NCBI GenBank assembly: GCA_965644315.1
Contig: CBFFRQ010000043.1
Coordinates: forward strand, 62,001-126,000
Reading direction: 5' to 3'
Length of the DNA: 64,000 nucleotides
DNA from: Caecitellus pseudoparvulus
Taxonomy: Eukaryota; Protista; Bigyra: Bicosoecida
Positions 1-11,567 of this stretch are shown piece after piece. Numbering within the stretch: position 1 is the stretch's first letter; each line of letters starts with the position of its first letter. Below the pieces are notes generated by a model. It did not search any database and was not told the origin of the DNA. It saw nothing but the letters and a program-made list of their open reading frames with translations. The position numbers were made by a program, and so were the translations under genes.

Positions 1-1172
1 TGGGGTGGCCCGCGTCCCAGTCCAGTGCGATGTACAGCCCACAGCAGTACACGTACACCACCACCACCGCCATGGGCAGCCAGAACTGCGCATCGGGCGG
101 CACGACGCGGTCCCCCAACACGACCAGGGTGCCCAGGCCGTCTGTGACGCCGCGGCCGCCTTGCAAGGCTCCTCGCAGGCCGGCAACCCACGGGGTCGTG
201 CCGCTTACCACCAGCCCAGCGAACTGCAGCACTTCGAAAACGTACGTGCTCATGACGATCCAGTTGCGCCAGTCATGCCAGTCCACTGTGGGCGCCTGGG
301 CGGCCTGCTTCGGCCCGGGCCCCGCGCCGGGCTGCACGGCAAGAGCAGTGTGGCCGCCCTGGCCTGTCTGGCGGCACAGGCTGGGCCGCTGCCACACGTA
401 CTTCATCGTGGCCAGCTGCACGAGGAGGATGAGGGCCACCCACACGTACATGAGGGGCGGGTGGGACTGCACAGCTGGCAGGGTCGCCCCTGCGCCCAGC
501 CACATGCCGGGGAAGGTGCACAGCAGCTGCGAGGGAAGGAAGTGAGTGCCTCGGGCTAGCAGGAGCGGGCCTGCGTGGCAGCTCGCACGCACCAGGAAGC
601 ACCCCAGGCCTGCCGCCCACATGCGCCCTGTGACGTGTTGTTGCCTGTGGGCATGCGGGGGGGGCGTGCAGGTGCGCTCTGGCGCCTGCGGCATCTGCAG
701 GGCTGGCCCGCCAGCGCGGCTGCCTGTGACGTCACGGTGGCACCACGCACCACTCCGCCGGGTCGATGGAGGTCTTTGTGAGCGTGGACGCGCTGAGCAA
801 GGACAGAAGGAACGTGACGTATATCAACGCAAACAGCCACGCCGTAGTGAGCAGGATCTGTGCGGCACAAGCGCCACACTGTGGGGTACTGAGTGGGAGT
901 AATTTCCGCATGCGGCAAGGGCGCGCACCAGTGCTTGCAGGGGCCACTGCCACCACTGCATGGGGGCCACCGGCTCCTCCTGCTTCTCTTCCAAGCCGCC
1001 CTCCAAGGAGGTCCTCTGACTTCCCAACGCCTGGGCACGGGCAGCTCGGGAGCGCGCCGCATCTTCAGCGTGCTTGCCGGACGAAGCGCCGCTTGTGCAG
1101 TTGTCGCCTGCGCCGGGAGCAGGCACGCCGAGGTCCCCCATGGAAATGCAAAGCGATTGTCATGGCTTTCAT
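1..1172 (-). CDS. Multi-pass membrane protein, partial (3' end runs off the window; start uncertain)
   Basis: The minus-strand frame over 1-450 reads MYVWVALILLVQLATMKYVW...WRNWIVMSTYVFEVLQFAGLVV...FWLPMAVVVVYVYCCGLYIALD, several hydrophobic helices. An upstream hydrophobic exon near 745-860 reads ILLTTAWLFALIYVTFLLSLL. Confidence 0.55.
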
Positions 1173-1421
1173 TGCATGCTGTGGTTCTGCCTGGCGTTGG
1201 AATTTACAAGAACCCGACGCTCGGCGGGGAAGCAGGCCGTGGAAAACTTGCACGCACGTCGGGGGGTCGCCTGCAGCTCTGGCGGGGCCTGCACACCGCC
1301 TGAACACTTTCGTCAACCCGAACACGACTCAGCAGCACCCCGTTCTGCTTCCCGCATGCCAGACTTTGACGTGCACTGTGCGCTTGCTACCGTTGAGGAG
1401 AGGTAACGCCAGCGAAACGCC

Positions 1422-3647
1422 ATGGCAGCCACCACAGACAAGCCCGACGCCGCTGACTCCCATGTGGACGTCAGCCTGATGAAGCTGCCCAATGTGCACG
1501 CTGTAGACAAGGAGGTGCCCACAGGGGAGGAGGGCGAGACGGAGATCTACAGCCAGTGCGTGCCGAAACCGCGTCAGCAGCGCGCAGTTGCTCCACCCGT
1601 TCGGCGTCAGCACACTCGCACCCCTACCACCTCGCCGCAGCCGCGCCAAGCTGTACCGCATGCACGAGGGCGAGTGGAAGGAGCGCTGCACGGGGAACCT
1701 GCGCCTGCTGAAGGACAACACGACTGGCCGAGTGCGCATGGTCATGCGTGAAGGCGGCATGGAAAGCTTGCTGCGTGCCAACCACCTCGTGCCCCCTGAT
1801 GCCAAGCTGGTGCGTGGCTGTGCAGTGCTTGTGCCAGCTCTGGCATGCTGTGCCAGTGCATTGCATGCTTCTGTGCTTCGTTGGTGGCGGCCAGCGCTGC
1901 GGGAGCACCGCTGGGCATGTTTTCCCCATCGCTCCCTGCGCAGGAGTTCCCGGTGGGCGTTGAAAACATGGTGTACTACACCGCCGTGGACAACTCCGAC
2001 GGCACGCCGGAGGGCCGCACATTCCTGGTGAAGATGAAGACTGCCGAAATCATCGCTGACTTCATCAAGCAGTGGGACGCAGCGCGTGCCACCAACGGCG
2101 AGGTGCTGACCGGGCAAGAGAGCGCCGCTGGCGCTGGCGGCGGTGCTGGCTCCGCCTCTGCCGCCGTGTCCACCGCCCCCAAGGGCACGGCCGTGCACAT
2201 CAGCTCCGACCTCAGCACCATCTACGGCGCCGGCGACACCGCCAGTGCGCGCCGCGTGGACAAGCTGGAGTCTGCCTTCACTGCCAAGTTCGGGCAGGCG
2301 CCTGCCTACTTCGTGCGTGCCCCCGGCCGCGTGAACATCATTGGAGAGCACGTGGACTACCACGGCTACGGCGTGCTGCCCTTTGCCCTGAACCAGGACA
2401 TCCTCCTGGCAGTGGGCACGGCCGACGGCACCACGACTGTGTCTGCCTCCAGCACTGACGAGGCGTACCCTGACGCCTCCTTCCCCATCGACCTGGAGGC
2501 ACCTGTCGCCCCCGTCACGTCACCTGCCGACTGGGTGTCCTACCTGCAGTGCGGCTTCAAGGCAGCCTTCGCCACGGCTGGCGCCGGCGGCGTGGCGCCC
2601 TCCAAGGGCCTGCGTGTCATGGTGGACAGCGTCCTGCCTGCGGCAGGGGGCGTCTCCTCCTCCTCCGCCCTCGTCGTGGCGTCGGCCCTGGCAGCCGTGC
2701 ACGCGTATGGCCTGGGCACACCCATGAACCTGGAGCTGGCCCGCCTGACGCGGGATGCCGAGGTTGCCGTGGGCACCCTCAGTGGCGGGATGGACCAGGC
2801 TGCCTGCCTGCTGGGCAAGGCCGGCTCCGCCACCCACATCACCTTCCACCCGCACCTGGCAGGCGCCGCCGTGCCGCTGCCCCTCAACGCCATCTTCCTC
2901 GTCGCCGACTCCGGCGTCCCCGCCGCCAAGGCTGAGGAGGCTGCCACCAAGTACAACCGCCGCGTGGTGGAGGGCGCCCTGGGCGTCAAGCTGGTGGCCA
3001 TGAAGGAGGGCAAGGCCAACTGGAAGGACCTGTCCTCCATGTTCGAGCTGCAGGCGGCGCTGGGCCTGGCGTCCTCCTCCCCCGTGGAGGCAGAGGTGTT
3101 CCTGGGCTCCCTGCCCCCCACCCCCGTCACCGCCGCCGCCCTGGCCGGCGAGGAGTACTTCAACTGCCCCCTGGAGTCCCTGTTCCCCGCCGAGGACACG
3201 GCAGCCCACGCCGCCCTGGCAGCGCTGGGCGACACCCCCCTCGCTCTGAAGGACCGCCTGTCCCACGTGCTGCAGGAGGCTGGGCGCGTGCTGGAGGCAC
3301 AGAAGGTGCTGACGGCCGGCGGCGAGGACACGCTGGCTTCCCTGGGCGCCCTCATGGACGCCTCCCACGACTCCCTCGTCACCAAGTACGATGCCTCCTG
3401 CGCCGAGCTGGACGCTCTGGTGGCCGCTGCCAAGGGTGCGGGTGCCTGCGGTGCTCGCTTGGTGGGCGCTGGCTGGGGCGGTTGCGCCGTCATCCTCGTG
3501 CAGATGGGCAGCGTGGAGGCCGTCAAGACTGGCATCAAGGACCACTACGCCTCCATCGGCAAGCCTGAGCTGGCGGAGCGCATGTTCACTGCTGCACCTG
3601 CCTCGGGCGCTGCCGTGTACCTGCCTGCGGAGGAGGAGGAGCTGTGA
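1422..3647 (+). CDS. Fusion of a RanBP1-type Ran-binding domain and a galactokinase/GalNAc kinase (GHMP family); 3 exons (introns 1556-1640, 1810-1943)
   Basis: The spliced N-terminus has RanBD motifs TGEEGE..RAKLYR..WKERCTGNLRLLK..RMVMRE..LRANH. It continues without a stop into PGRVNIIGEHVDY, LPAAGGVSSSSA, SGGMDQ, YNRRVVE and GARLVGAGWGGC. Both introns are GTGCGT...GCAG and restore the frame. Confidence 0.9.
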
Positions 3648-3755
3648 GGCGCCGTCCCCTCCCACTGGGCCACTCAATGCACATTCCCCATGCTGCCGAG
3701 CAAGCAGAGGGAAACTGGCGCCAACCAGCGCGTTGGCAGGCGTGTTAATTCCACC

Positions 3756-4861
3756 ATGGCGGCTGAGGGAGGTGGCTACCACAGCAGCACGCCGCTGCCA
3801 GGCACGGCACCCGGCGGCGACGCGACGCCCCTCACCGCCACAGTGCTGCGGAAGACGGGGCAGTTTGACGCCCTCAGCTGCACCCGTGTGGACCTCAGCT
3901 CCAGCTCCCTCAAGTCCATCGCTGGCCTCGGCGCCTTGCCCAACCTGACGGCGCTCAGTCTCGCAGACAACCCGGTGAGCGTGGCCGAAACAGTGCTCCC
4001 CAGCGACGCGCTGGGCCACGGAGCAGCGGCGGGCTCCCACGCAGGTATCTTCCCTCTCTGAGCTCGCCCAGCTAACTGCTCTGACTTCCTTGAGCTTGCG
4101 TAGCACGGGCATGTCCTCCCTGCGTGCGTGGGGCGGCGCCAGGCACCCCTCTGCCGTTTCGGCGTTTCGGCACCTGCGTCGCATGCCCATCGCAGGCTCG
4201 CTGCCAGCAATGCCTGCCCTGGAGCACCTGGACCTGCGCAACAACAGACTGAACGAAGTGTCCGAACTGTCGCGCCTGTCCTCCTTTCCCGCCCTGCGCA
4301 CCCTGCACTTGGCTGATCGAGATGGCTCCAACGGCAATGCGGGTGCGTTGCGAGTGTTGGCTCGTCAGCGCCCGCCGAGGCAACACGCACTGTGCTCGCC
4401 ATTCTTGCATGCAGTATGTACCAAGCCTGGGTATCGCGCGGCGGTGGCCCAAGCTGCGCCGTATTTGGAGGTGCTGGATGGCCGGCACGCCCGGCTAACC
4501 AAGGTGAGGCCCACGCCGCCTTGCAGGCACAGGTTGCGCCCCAGCCGTGCGCTCTCACGGGAAGTCACCCTTTGAACTCCTTGCACAGGCTGTGGGCATT
4601 GACCCCTCAGATTTGGAGGCGCCCTCCCCGCAGCTGACCGCTGCAGACCTGCGCATTCTCGGCGTGCCAGCCAAAGCAACCGACTGGTGTGACCCACAGG
4701 AAGTGCAGAGCATCCGGGAGCAGCTGCAGGATGCACAGGGCTCTGCAGCCGCCTGGGGTGCAGCAGAAGGCAAGGCTGACGACGTCGTTGCTGACTCGTT
4801 TGAGGCGGCACAGCAGGCGGCCATGGCGCTTGCTGCCGCGAAGCGCCTCGTGGCACAATGA
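3756..4861 (+). CDS. Leucine-rich repeat protein with LRRcap, LRRC61-like; about 4 introns (first 3975-4044)
   Basis: LTATVLRKTGQFDALS resembles the LRRC61 N-terminus. LRRs include LTALSLADNP and LEHLDLRNNRL. The cap reads PGYRAAVAQAAPYLEVLDG. Confidence 0.7.
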
Positions 4862-5040
4862 GCCCCGGACCAAATTGTACGCGACCAGGGTATGCGTGGA
4901 ACAAGGCGCATGACAACCTTAGCTGCAGTTTGCCTCATTGGTGTCACTGCCCTCGGAGGTTGCCGTGCAGTGGCTTGTCCGAGCGAGCCAGGCCACCGTT
5001 GCGTCTGTGAACGGCAAGTAGCCCGCGAGAGGGGAAGGTC

Positions 5041-7060
5041 ATGGATTCTGACCCCTTTTCAAACCCTGCCAGGGACGCCTTTCCCAAGTGGGATGGCGTC
5101 TTTGACGCCTCTGACCAGGACAACGTCGCAGGTGTGTTGGCGTTTCGAGGCTGCACCCGTTGAACGGCATCCCGGTCCGCACAGCTCTGCCCTGGAAATG
5201 CAACCATGTGCAGGCAGTGGAAAGCAATATGAAGAACATGCTGACATTGACTTTGTGGCTCAACTCCGGCCTGCACGCTTCCCTGTGCGTCAAGGCGGAC
5301 AGCGGAGTTTCACGCCCCAACGCTCACGCAGCCCCCCCCCCCTGTCCCTGCAGGAGTGCGACGAGTTAGACGCTGCTTCATGCACGAGCAGTCAACTTGA
5401 GTCCCTGTCATCTCAGCCCCATGACGCATCTGCGGCAGGGGGCGGCGGAGAGGAAGACCTGGGGCGGGCTCAGCTGTTGACCGCCCACCCACTGGCCCAT
5501 ATGGCCACGCCCGAGCGGCCTGAAGGCAGTGCAGACCTCGTCACCGTGCGCGCCGGCCCCTCCACGCCGACGGGGCAGGTGCGCCAGGTGGCCAGCACGC
5601 CAGCCGGCTCTGCCATGTCTGACCGGGGCCTGCATCTGCTGGGTTCCCCGCTGTTGTCCCCCTTCGCCGCCATGCCCCAGACGTACGACACGCCAGCCAA
5701 GGCGGCGGCGGCAGGGACACCTGGCAAGGGCCTCTTCACGGGTGGCTCCGCTGCTGTCACGCCCATCGCCCCCAGCACGCCGGCTGACTCAGTGGCGCCC
5801 ACTGACTCCAAGTGCCCTCTGACGCCGCCGCTGACTTGCAGTCCAACCAGCCAGGCCCCGCTGACACCCACTCCCGCCACCGCCTCGCCGCCACCCCTGC
5901 CCCGCTCCAAGCACCTGTCTCGCACGGGGGGTGGCGGGCACAGCTCCGGCTCTCACGGCCACACTGCGTCAGACAGCGTGCTGATGGCGCTGGACTTCTC
6001 CACACCCTCCCCCGACAGCAGGGGTGCAGCTGCACGCCGCGCCGGTGCTGGTGGCAGTGGCGAGGGGCAAGTGAGCTCAGACGCAGTGCCAGTGTTCGAC
6101 CCCGCCACGGGCGTCTTCCTGGGCACTTTCACGCCCTCGCCGACCCACACACGGCAGGCGCTCAGTGGCCTGGTGCCACTGGCAGAGGTGCCCGGCGCCC
6201 CAGACACCCTCACCGGCACCTTGACTGGGACGCTGTCTTCGCTGGATTCCACGGCCGGCAGCGCGTCCGGCCCACGGCTGCGTGGGCTAGGCGCAGACTC
6301 CACTCGGGACACCATCCCCCCCTCTGTGCACGCGGCTGTGGCGGGTGGGGAGCGGCGAGCGGCCCCCGCTGGGGACCGCGCCACCCGCCCGCCTGGCACG
6401 TGGGCAGCGAGGTACATCCACGCCCTGGCACCTGCGCCTGTACCCCAGCACAGCCCTCGAAGGGCCCCCCTGCGCCCGCCACCCCCCCTGCCCAGCCCCA
6501 CCACATCCCCCCTGCAGCGCAACGCAGTGCGCTCGGCGTGGTGGGGAGGCACAGCCTCTGGGACGGCCGATGCCAGCGCCAGCACCCCTCCGCACTCCCG
6601 GCAGGGCACCGCCTCGCAGTGGGGCGCCGTCACGAGCCCTGCCCCAGGCAGCCTCACCCTGCGCTCGCCGGCCCTCTCCCCCTCCGCCTGCTACGTCAGC
6701 GCCCGTGCAGAGGCCAGGCAGTACGGCCTGCAGGGGGAAGACGTGCAGGAGTATGCGCAGCGCGTGCAGACGCACCTGCCAGCTGCGCGGCTGTCCCGGG
6801 GCGCCCCCCCCCGCACCGTCGCTTGGGCAGACACTGCGCGCTCGCAGCACACGGCGTCCTTTCGGCGCGATGACGTGTCGGGTGTGACTCGGCTCACCCG
6901 CGGAGCTGCCTCGCCCCCTGCCAGCACGCCCTCTCGCAGCATCCCAGCCAGCCCTGGGCTGTCCCCGGTGGCGCCACACCCCGACACTGCGGCGCCAGTG
7001 GCACGCACGCTGCAGCTGGGCGGCGACCTCAGCTTCACCACGACGCCTGCCGCCTCGTAG
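5041..7060 (+). CDS. Hypothetical Pro/Ser/Thr-rich, largely disordered protein
   Basis: Long open frame to TAG at 7058-7060. ATG at 5041 joins it through plausible GT-AG introns (MDSDPFSNP...VAG|SGKQYEEH). Many SP/TP sites; no domain recognised. Confidence 0.55.
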
Positions 7061-7100
7061 GGCCACCCAACGCCCCGGGCTGTGTGCATTGTGGGTGTGC

Positions 7101-8269
7101 TTAGGCGGACACTTGTGCGTTGAAGCGCTCCGTCAGCGCGGCGATGCAGCTCTCCTGCGTCACGGACTCGGGGGCACTGGCGAACTCCTCCATGACGGCC
7201 GCCAGCACGGGCAGCTGCTCGGCGCAGATGTGGCCAGCCAGACTGGTGATGGAGGTGCCCGGCGTCAGGTTCAGGCGGTACAGCTCGCCGGCAATGGCAA
7301 TGTCGATGGAGTGCGAGGTGGCCGAGGGGTCGGGAATGGTGGTCTTGCGCACAGAGTCCAGGACTCGCCCAGCTGCCAGCAAGTTGCTGCGGTACTGTGT
7401 CATGGTGCGCTCCTGCAGGTGCATGGAGGGCGGGGGGTGCACGGTGGGCTAGTCCCGCTCGGCGGAATGCAACTTCACGGGCTTGCCGCTGCGTTTACGT
7501 ACCACTGCGAGCTGACGCTCGGGTCCCAGATTGTTCACAAGCTGCTCCAGCTGAGGCGCCACTTCGTTGGCCAAGCTCACAGCCAGGGACTCCTCCTGCG
7601 CAGGGGTGGATGGGCAGGGAGCAAGTGTTCGTGAGCGCACGACGCGCAGCGCCGGCGCGAATTCCGCACCAGGCCAGCCGACAGGTACGCCTCCAGCGCC
7701 ACCTGTGCCTCCTGCCCGACATAGGTGCTCAAGAACCCTACACGTCCGAGGTTGGTGTTGTTGTAGATGAGGTCAAAGGAGAACAACTCGTAGGCCTGGT
7801 CCGCTGGCGTGGACGTGCGCATGAGCGCCGCAGTGATTTGAGGCGCCAAGCTGACGTCCAGGCCGTGGCGCAGGCAGAAGCCCTCGGCTGCCTGCTGGGC
7901 GCCTTCGTCCCCCAGCACGACGAGGTTCACCTGCCTGCCTGCCTCGATCTCGACAGGCATGGTGAAGGTGACGTTCACGTCGGGGTTGTTGATGTACGCG
8001 TCGCCAGGCTGCCCGGCAGCAGCCTGCGCGGCAAACACCAACTTCCGCAGCGTGAAGTCATACGTGTCAGCATTCTGCGTCAGGTTCAGCTGGCTGGCGA
8101 TGCTTCGCGCGACACTGTAGATGTTATCGTTGGAAGTGAAGGAAGCCGTGAAGTTCTCCGCCCCCACCTGGACAGGGAAGGAGAACTGCGCAGGGGTGGC
8201 GCCCTCGCTCTGCTGCGCTGCAGCGCAGGCCACCGCGGCGGCCGCCAGCACCACGCCAATCGCTCGCAT
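7101..8269 (-). CDS. Secreted protein with about four degenerate copies of a small beta-beta-alpha module
   Basis: Signal peptide MRAIGVVLAAAAVACAAA. Repeated units FSFPVQVG..ARSIASQLNL, FTMPVEIE..AEGFCLRHGL, FSFDLIY..LEAYL and IDIAIAG..AGHICAEQL. At least one intron at about 7598-7686. Confidence 0.7.
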
Positions 8270-8384
8270 AGCTGAAGCTTCACAGGCTGAGAGACGGACA
8301 AAACAGAACAAAGACCTCTATTTGAGGAGTATCGGAGTGGGCTTGGTGGGCAGAGGAGGAATTGTGTCGTGCAGTGCCGACTGC

Positions 8385-9856
8385 ATGGCGGCGCAGCACG
8401 CGCAGGCGGGCGCGACTGCCGGCTCAAATCTGACCCTGCGCCTGGCCCTGCTCAGCTGTGTGCTGCTGCATTGTGTGCTGCCGCTGTTGTCCCACCACTT
8501 TGATGCTAGTCTGTTTCATGATCTCGTGCCGCCATGTGCGGTGCAGGAGCCTGGTGCGTCGCGGGAGCAGCCATGGCCGGCATGGCTGGCAAACACCAAA
8601 ATCCGCACGCCAACCGCAGGGGAGCGCCTTGCGGTGTCTGTGAGCAGTACCGCCGGCGTGGAGTGGACGGGGCGTTGTGGACTTGCGCCAACTGCGTCAC
8701 CAGCGTCCCGGTGGCTGGCGCCTGTCTTTGTGCTGGGAGCAGCTGGGCTGCTCAGCCGCCTGGCCCTGGACACTGGCCTAAAGCTGGCGCCTGCCCTCGC
8801 CAAGCTGCCCGCTGCGGCGGCCCAACAGACCCTCGTGCCATACCCAGCAGGGTGCTTCGCAGCACTAGATATGGCTGCTGAGCGTGGCAGTGTGGTGTCT
8901 GCAGTCCTGTAAGCAGCGTCGCGCACAGACGCCGCCAAGCCTGCCTGCCTCACGTGCCCTCTGCCTCGCTCAGGTACCTCGCACACCCCAGCTCGCTGGC
9001 AGCCTCCGCCACGGGTTCCCTTCACGCCTTGGAACACTGCATTGTCTTGGCCGCAGTCCTGACGGCTGTCTCTGCTCCCCGGTACAGGGTGCTGGCTGCG
9101 GCGGTGGCGCTGGCTGCGGCGGGCGCTCTGCCACGTGGTGGCATTGTGGCCGCTGCCGTGCTGCTGCCCGGCCTGTCCTGGGCAGAGGCAGGCATAGCCA
9201 TGGCAGGCATAGCAGCGCTGTGTGCTGTGCCGGGGTGGGCTGAGGCGCTGCTGCAGGCGTGGCTGCACCCGGCAGTGGCGCACTGGCTCACCACAGGCAG
9301 CCTCGCCACCGCTCACCTGCCACACACCTTCACTGCAGACCTTCACGCGTACGGCCTGCAGCTGGTGCTGCCCGGGCTTGAACTCGTGAAACGCACCACC
9401 CTGGCGCTGGCGCCGCTGTTCCCTGTCCTGCTGCCGTGGGGTTTGCGGGGCTTGGATGCCACAAGCACTGCCCTAGCCACGACCAGCGCTGCCGCGGCAC
9501 TCGCCGCACATGGCTGTGCAGCAGATTGGGCCCTGGCCATGGGTCTGCTGGCCTGCTGTCCACACCTGGCCTGCCGTTCCCAGCCAGCCCTGCTGTGGCT
9601 GCATGGGGCCAGCACAGCGGCGCAGCCCCTCATGCGCTGGATGTGGCTGGTGCGGGGCACGGGGAACGTGAACTTCCTGTTTTTCCAGGGCATGATCATG
9701 CACGTGAGCGGCACGCTGAGCGCCGCGCAGGCTGTCGCGTGGGCCGTCACGGACGCTTGGGCCGGCAGCCTCAGTCCGACTGCGCCCGCTGCATCGGCAG
9801 GGGGGGCACTGCCACCGCAGCCCCCAGCACGAGGGGACGCAGCGGCACACTCGTGA
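8385..9856 (+). CDS. PIGU: GPI transamidase subunit PIG-U-like (divergent)
   Basis: Highly hydrophobic multi-TM protein whose C-terminal WMWLVRGTGNVNFLF matches the PIG-U/Gab1 W..GxGNxNFF motif. Intron from about 8909 (GTAAGC). Confidence 0.7.
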
Positions 9857-11360
9857 GCTTCAACGGCCCTGCCGCCCCCTCACCCCCCTCTGCAGCCAGC
9901 GGCGAGGGGGGCGGCATGAGGGCCTCGCTGCCCCCTGCCTCAGCCTGTGCCCTGCGTAGGCCCTCCGTCAACTGGCGCATGGCGGCGGCCGCCTCCCCCT
10001 CCCAGTCCCCTGCTGCAGCAGCGCCCAGGCGCCGCATCTCGGCCCGGTCCGCCTCCTCCTGCTCCTTACGCGCCAGCTCCGCGCAGGTGCAGGTGGAGCC
10101 GAAGGTGTAGTTGCCCCGGTACTTGCCCCCACACAGCCAGCACCACTCGAACTTGCACTGGTGGCAGGTCATGTGCGAGCAGCCCTTGCTGCGCTGAGTG
10201 GGTGCACGGCAGCCAGGGCACTCCTTGGACGACTTCGCAATGGCGCGGGCTGACTCGAACTCGTGGGACGTCGCAAAGGCCTCGCACGTCATGCCCTCGT
10301 GCGCAGGGGCCTTGCAAGCTGTGCAGAAGCAGTGCCCGTGCCCGCAGGAGATGAAGCGGCCTGCGCCGCCCTCTGCCGCTGCGCCAGCACCGGCTGCTGC
10401 CTCGCCATCGGCGCTGGGCTCTGCGAACCCGCCGTCCTCGCACCGGGGGCACCAATGGAAGTCTGGCATGCGCGCAAGGGCTGCATCGCGGCTCTGGCGC
10501 TCCAGCTGGCGCCTGAGGCTGGGCTCCATGATGAGGTCGCTTGCCTCGTCAGCCGCCAGGCTGTGTGAGCAGCCGCTGGCCCAGCACCCAAGAGACTCGA
10601 ACGTGGCGGCCTCAGACGTGACCTGGAACTTGACGGAGTCCCGTGCACAGTCCAGGCACGCCGTGTGGCCGCAGCCCAGGCGCACCAGCACGAACCCGCT
10701 CAGGCAAATGGGGCACTCCAGCTCAAAGTCGTCCGGCAGCGACCTGCGGCGCGGAGACGTGGGCGTTTGCCGTGAGGGCACGCAGGTCAGCAGCCCAGGC
10801 ACGCGCATGGCAGGTGGAGGAGAGATGCAAGAACGCACTGCAGGTCCACACCCATGAGGGTGAAGTGGAGAGCCGGGTTCTGCAGCTTCACCGACAGCAT
10901 GAGGGCACTTTTGCCGTCAGCGTTCGTGGCTGAGGGGCGAATCACGCCATCGACAACCGCCCTGTGCCCCCCCGCCGCCTCCAGCATGCTCAGTGCAGTG
11001 TACGCCTTGCGCCTGATCATGGCCACCATCAGTGGCGTGTTCCTGGGAAGCGGGGCGGGATGAAGGGGGGGAGGATTGCGGAATTTGAGCAGAACCAGCA
11101 CGGAATCACCACGCCTACCCTTCAGAGTCACGAGCAGACACGTCTGCGCCCGCATGGATCAGGGCAGTAGCAGCAGCATCAAGACCGATGGCCGCTGCCA
11201 CATGCAGCAGGGTCGTGCCGTCTTCTGCGCGCACGAGTGCAGCCTCGGAAGGCAGGCACGAAGCATCTCGCTCCCGGCGCAACACGCGAGCCCATGCTGC
11301 AAAGCGCGCCTGCGCGTCTGCGCAGGGGACCTGGACCTCTGCTGCAGTTGCTTCACTCAT
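9771..11360 (-). CDS. Ankyrin-repeat + RING-IBR-RING (RBR) E3 ubiquitin ligase, ANKIB1/Ariadne-like architecture
   Basis: Ankyrin repeats GTTLLHVAA..AGADVSARD, NTPLMVA and GKSALMLS. RING1 CPIC..CGHTACLDC; IBR WCPRC..CGHGHCFCTACKAPAH..C; RING2 CPGC..KGCSHMTCHQCKFEWCWLC with the catalytic Cys. Confidence 0.88.
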
Positions 11361-11567
11361 GTGTGTGACAGTCGTGTGGTGCATGCCGCTGTGGCGAATG
11401 CAGGGGCTCCGTTGCAAGTGGAATCATGGGTTGTGGCTTCCCACGCAAAAAGCATGCAGGCATCCATCCCACCCCCCCCTTGCACCCCTCTGCCCGAAGC
11501 CCCGTCCATGCACGGACCAGTAGTCACATGCTGCACCCATTGCTGTGCTGCTGCATTCCCAGCGTGT

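Noticed and set aside
2520-4337. Long antisense ORFs (605 aa here; also 54032-55585, 55658-57298, 57917-59509, 61722-63308, 29547-31295)
   Set aside because: These are shadow frames of real genes on the opposite strand. Stop codons are scarce in GC-rich DNA and the translations have no recognisable motifs.
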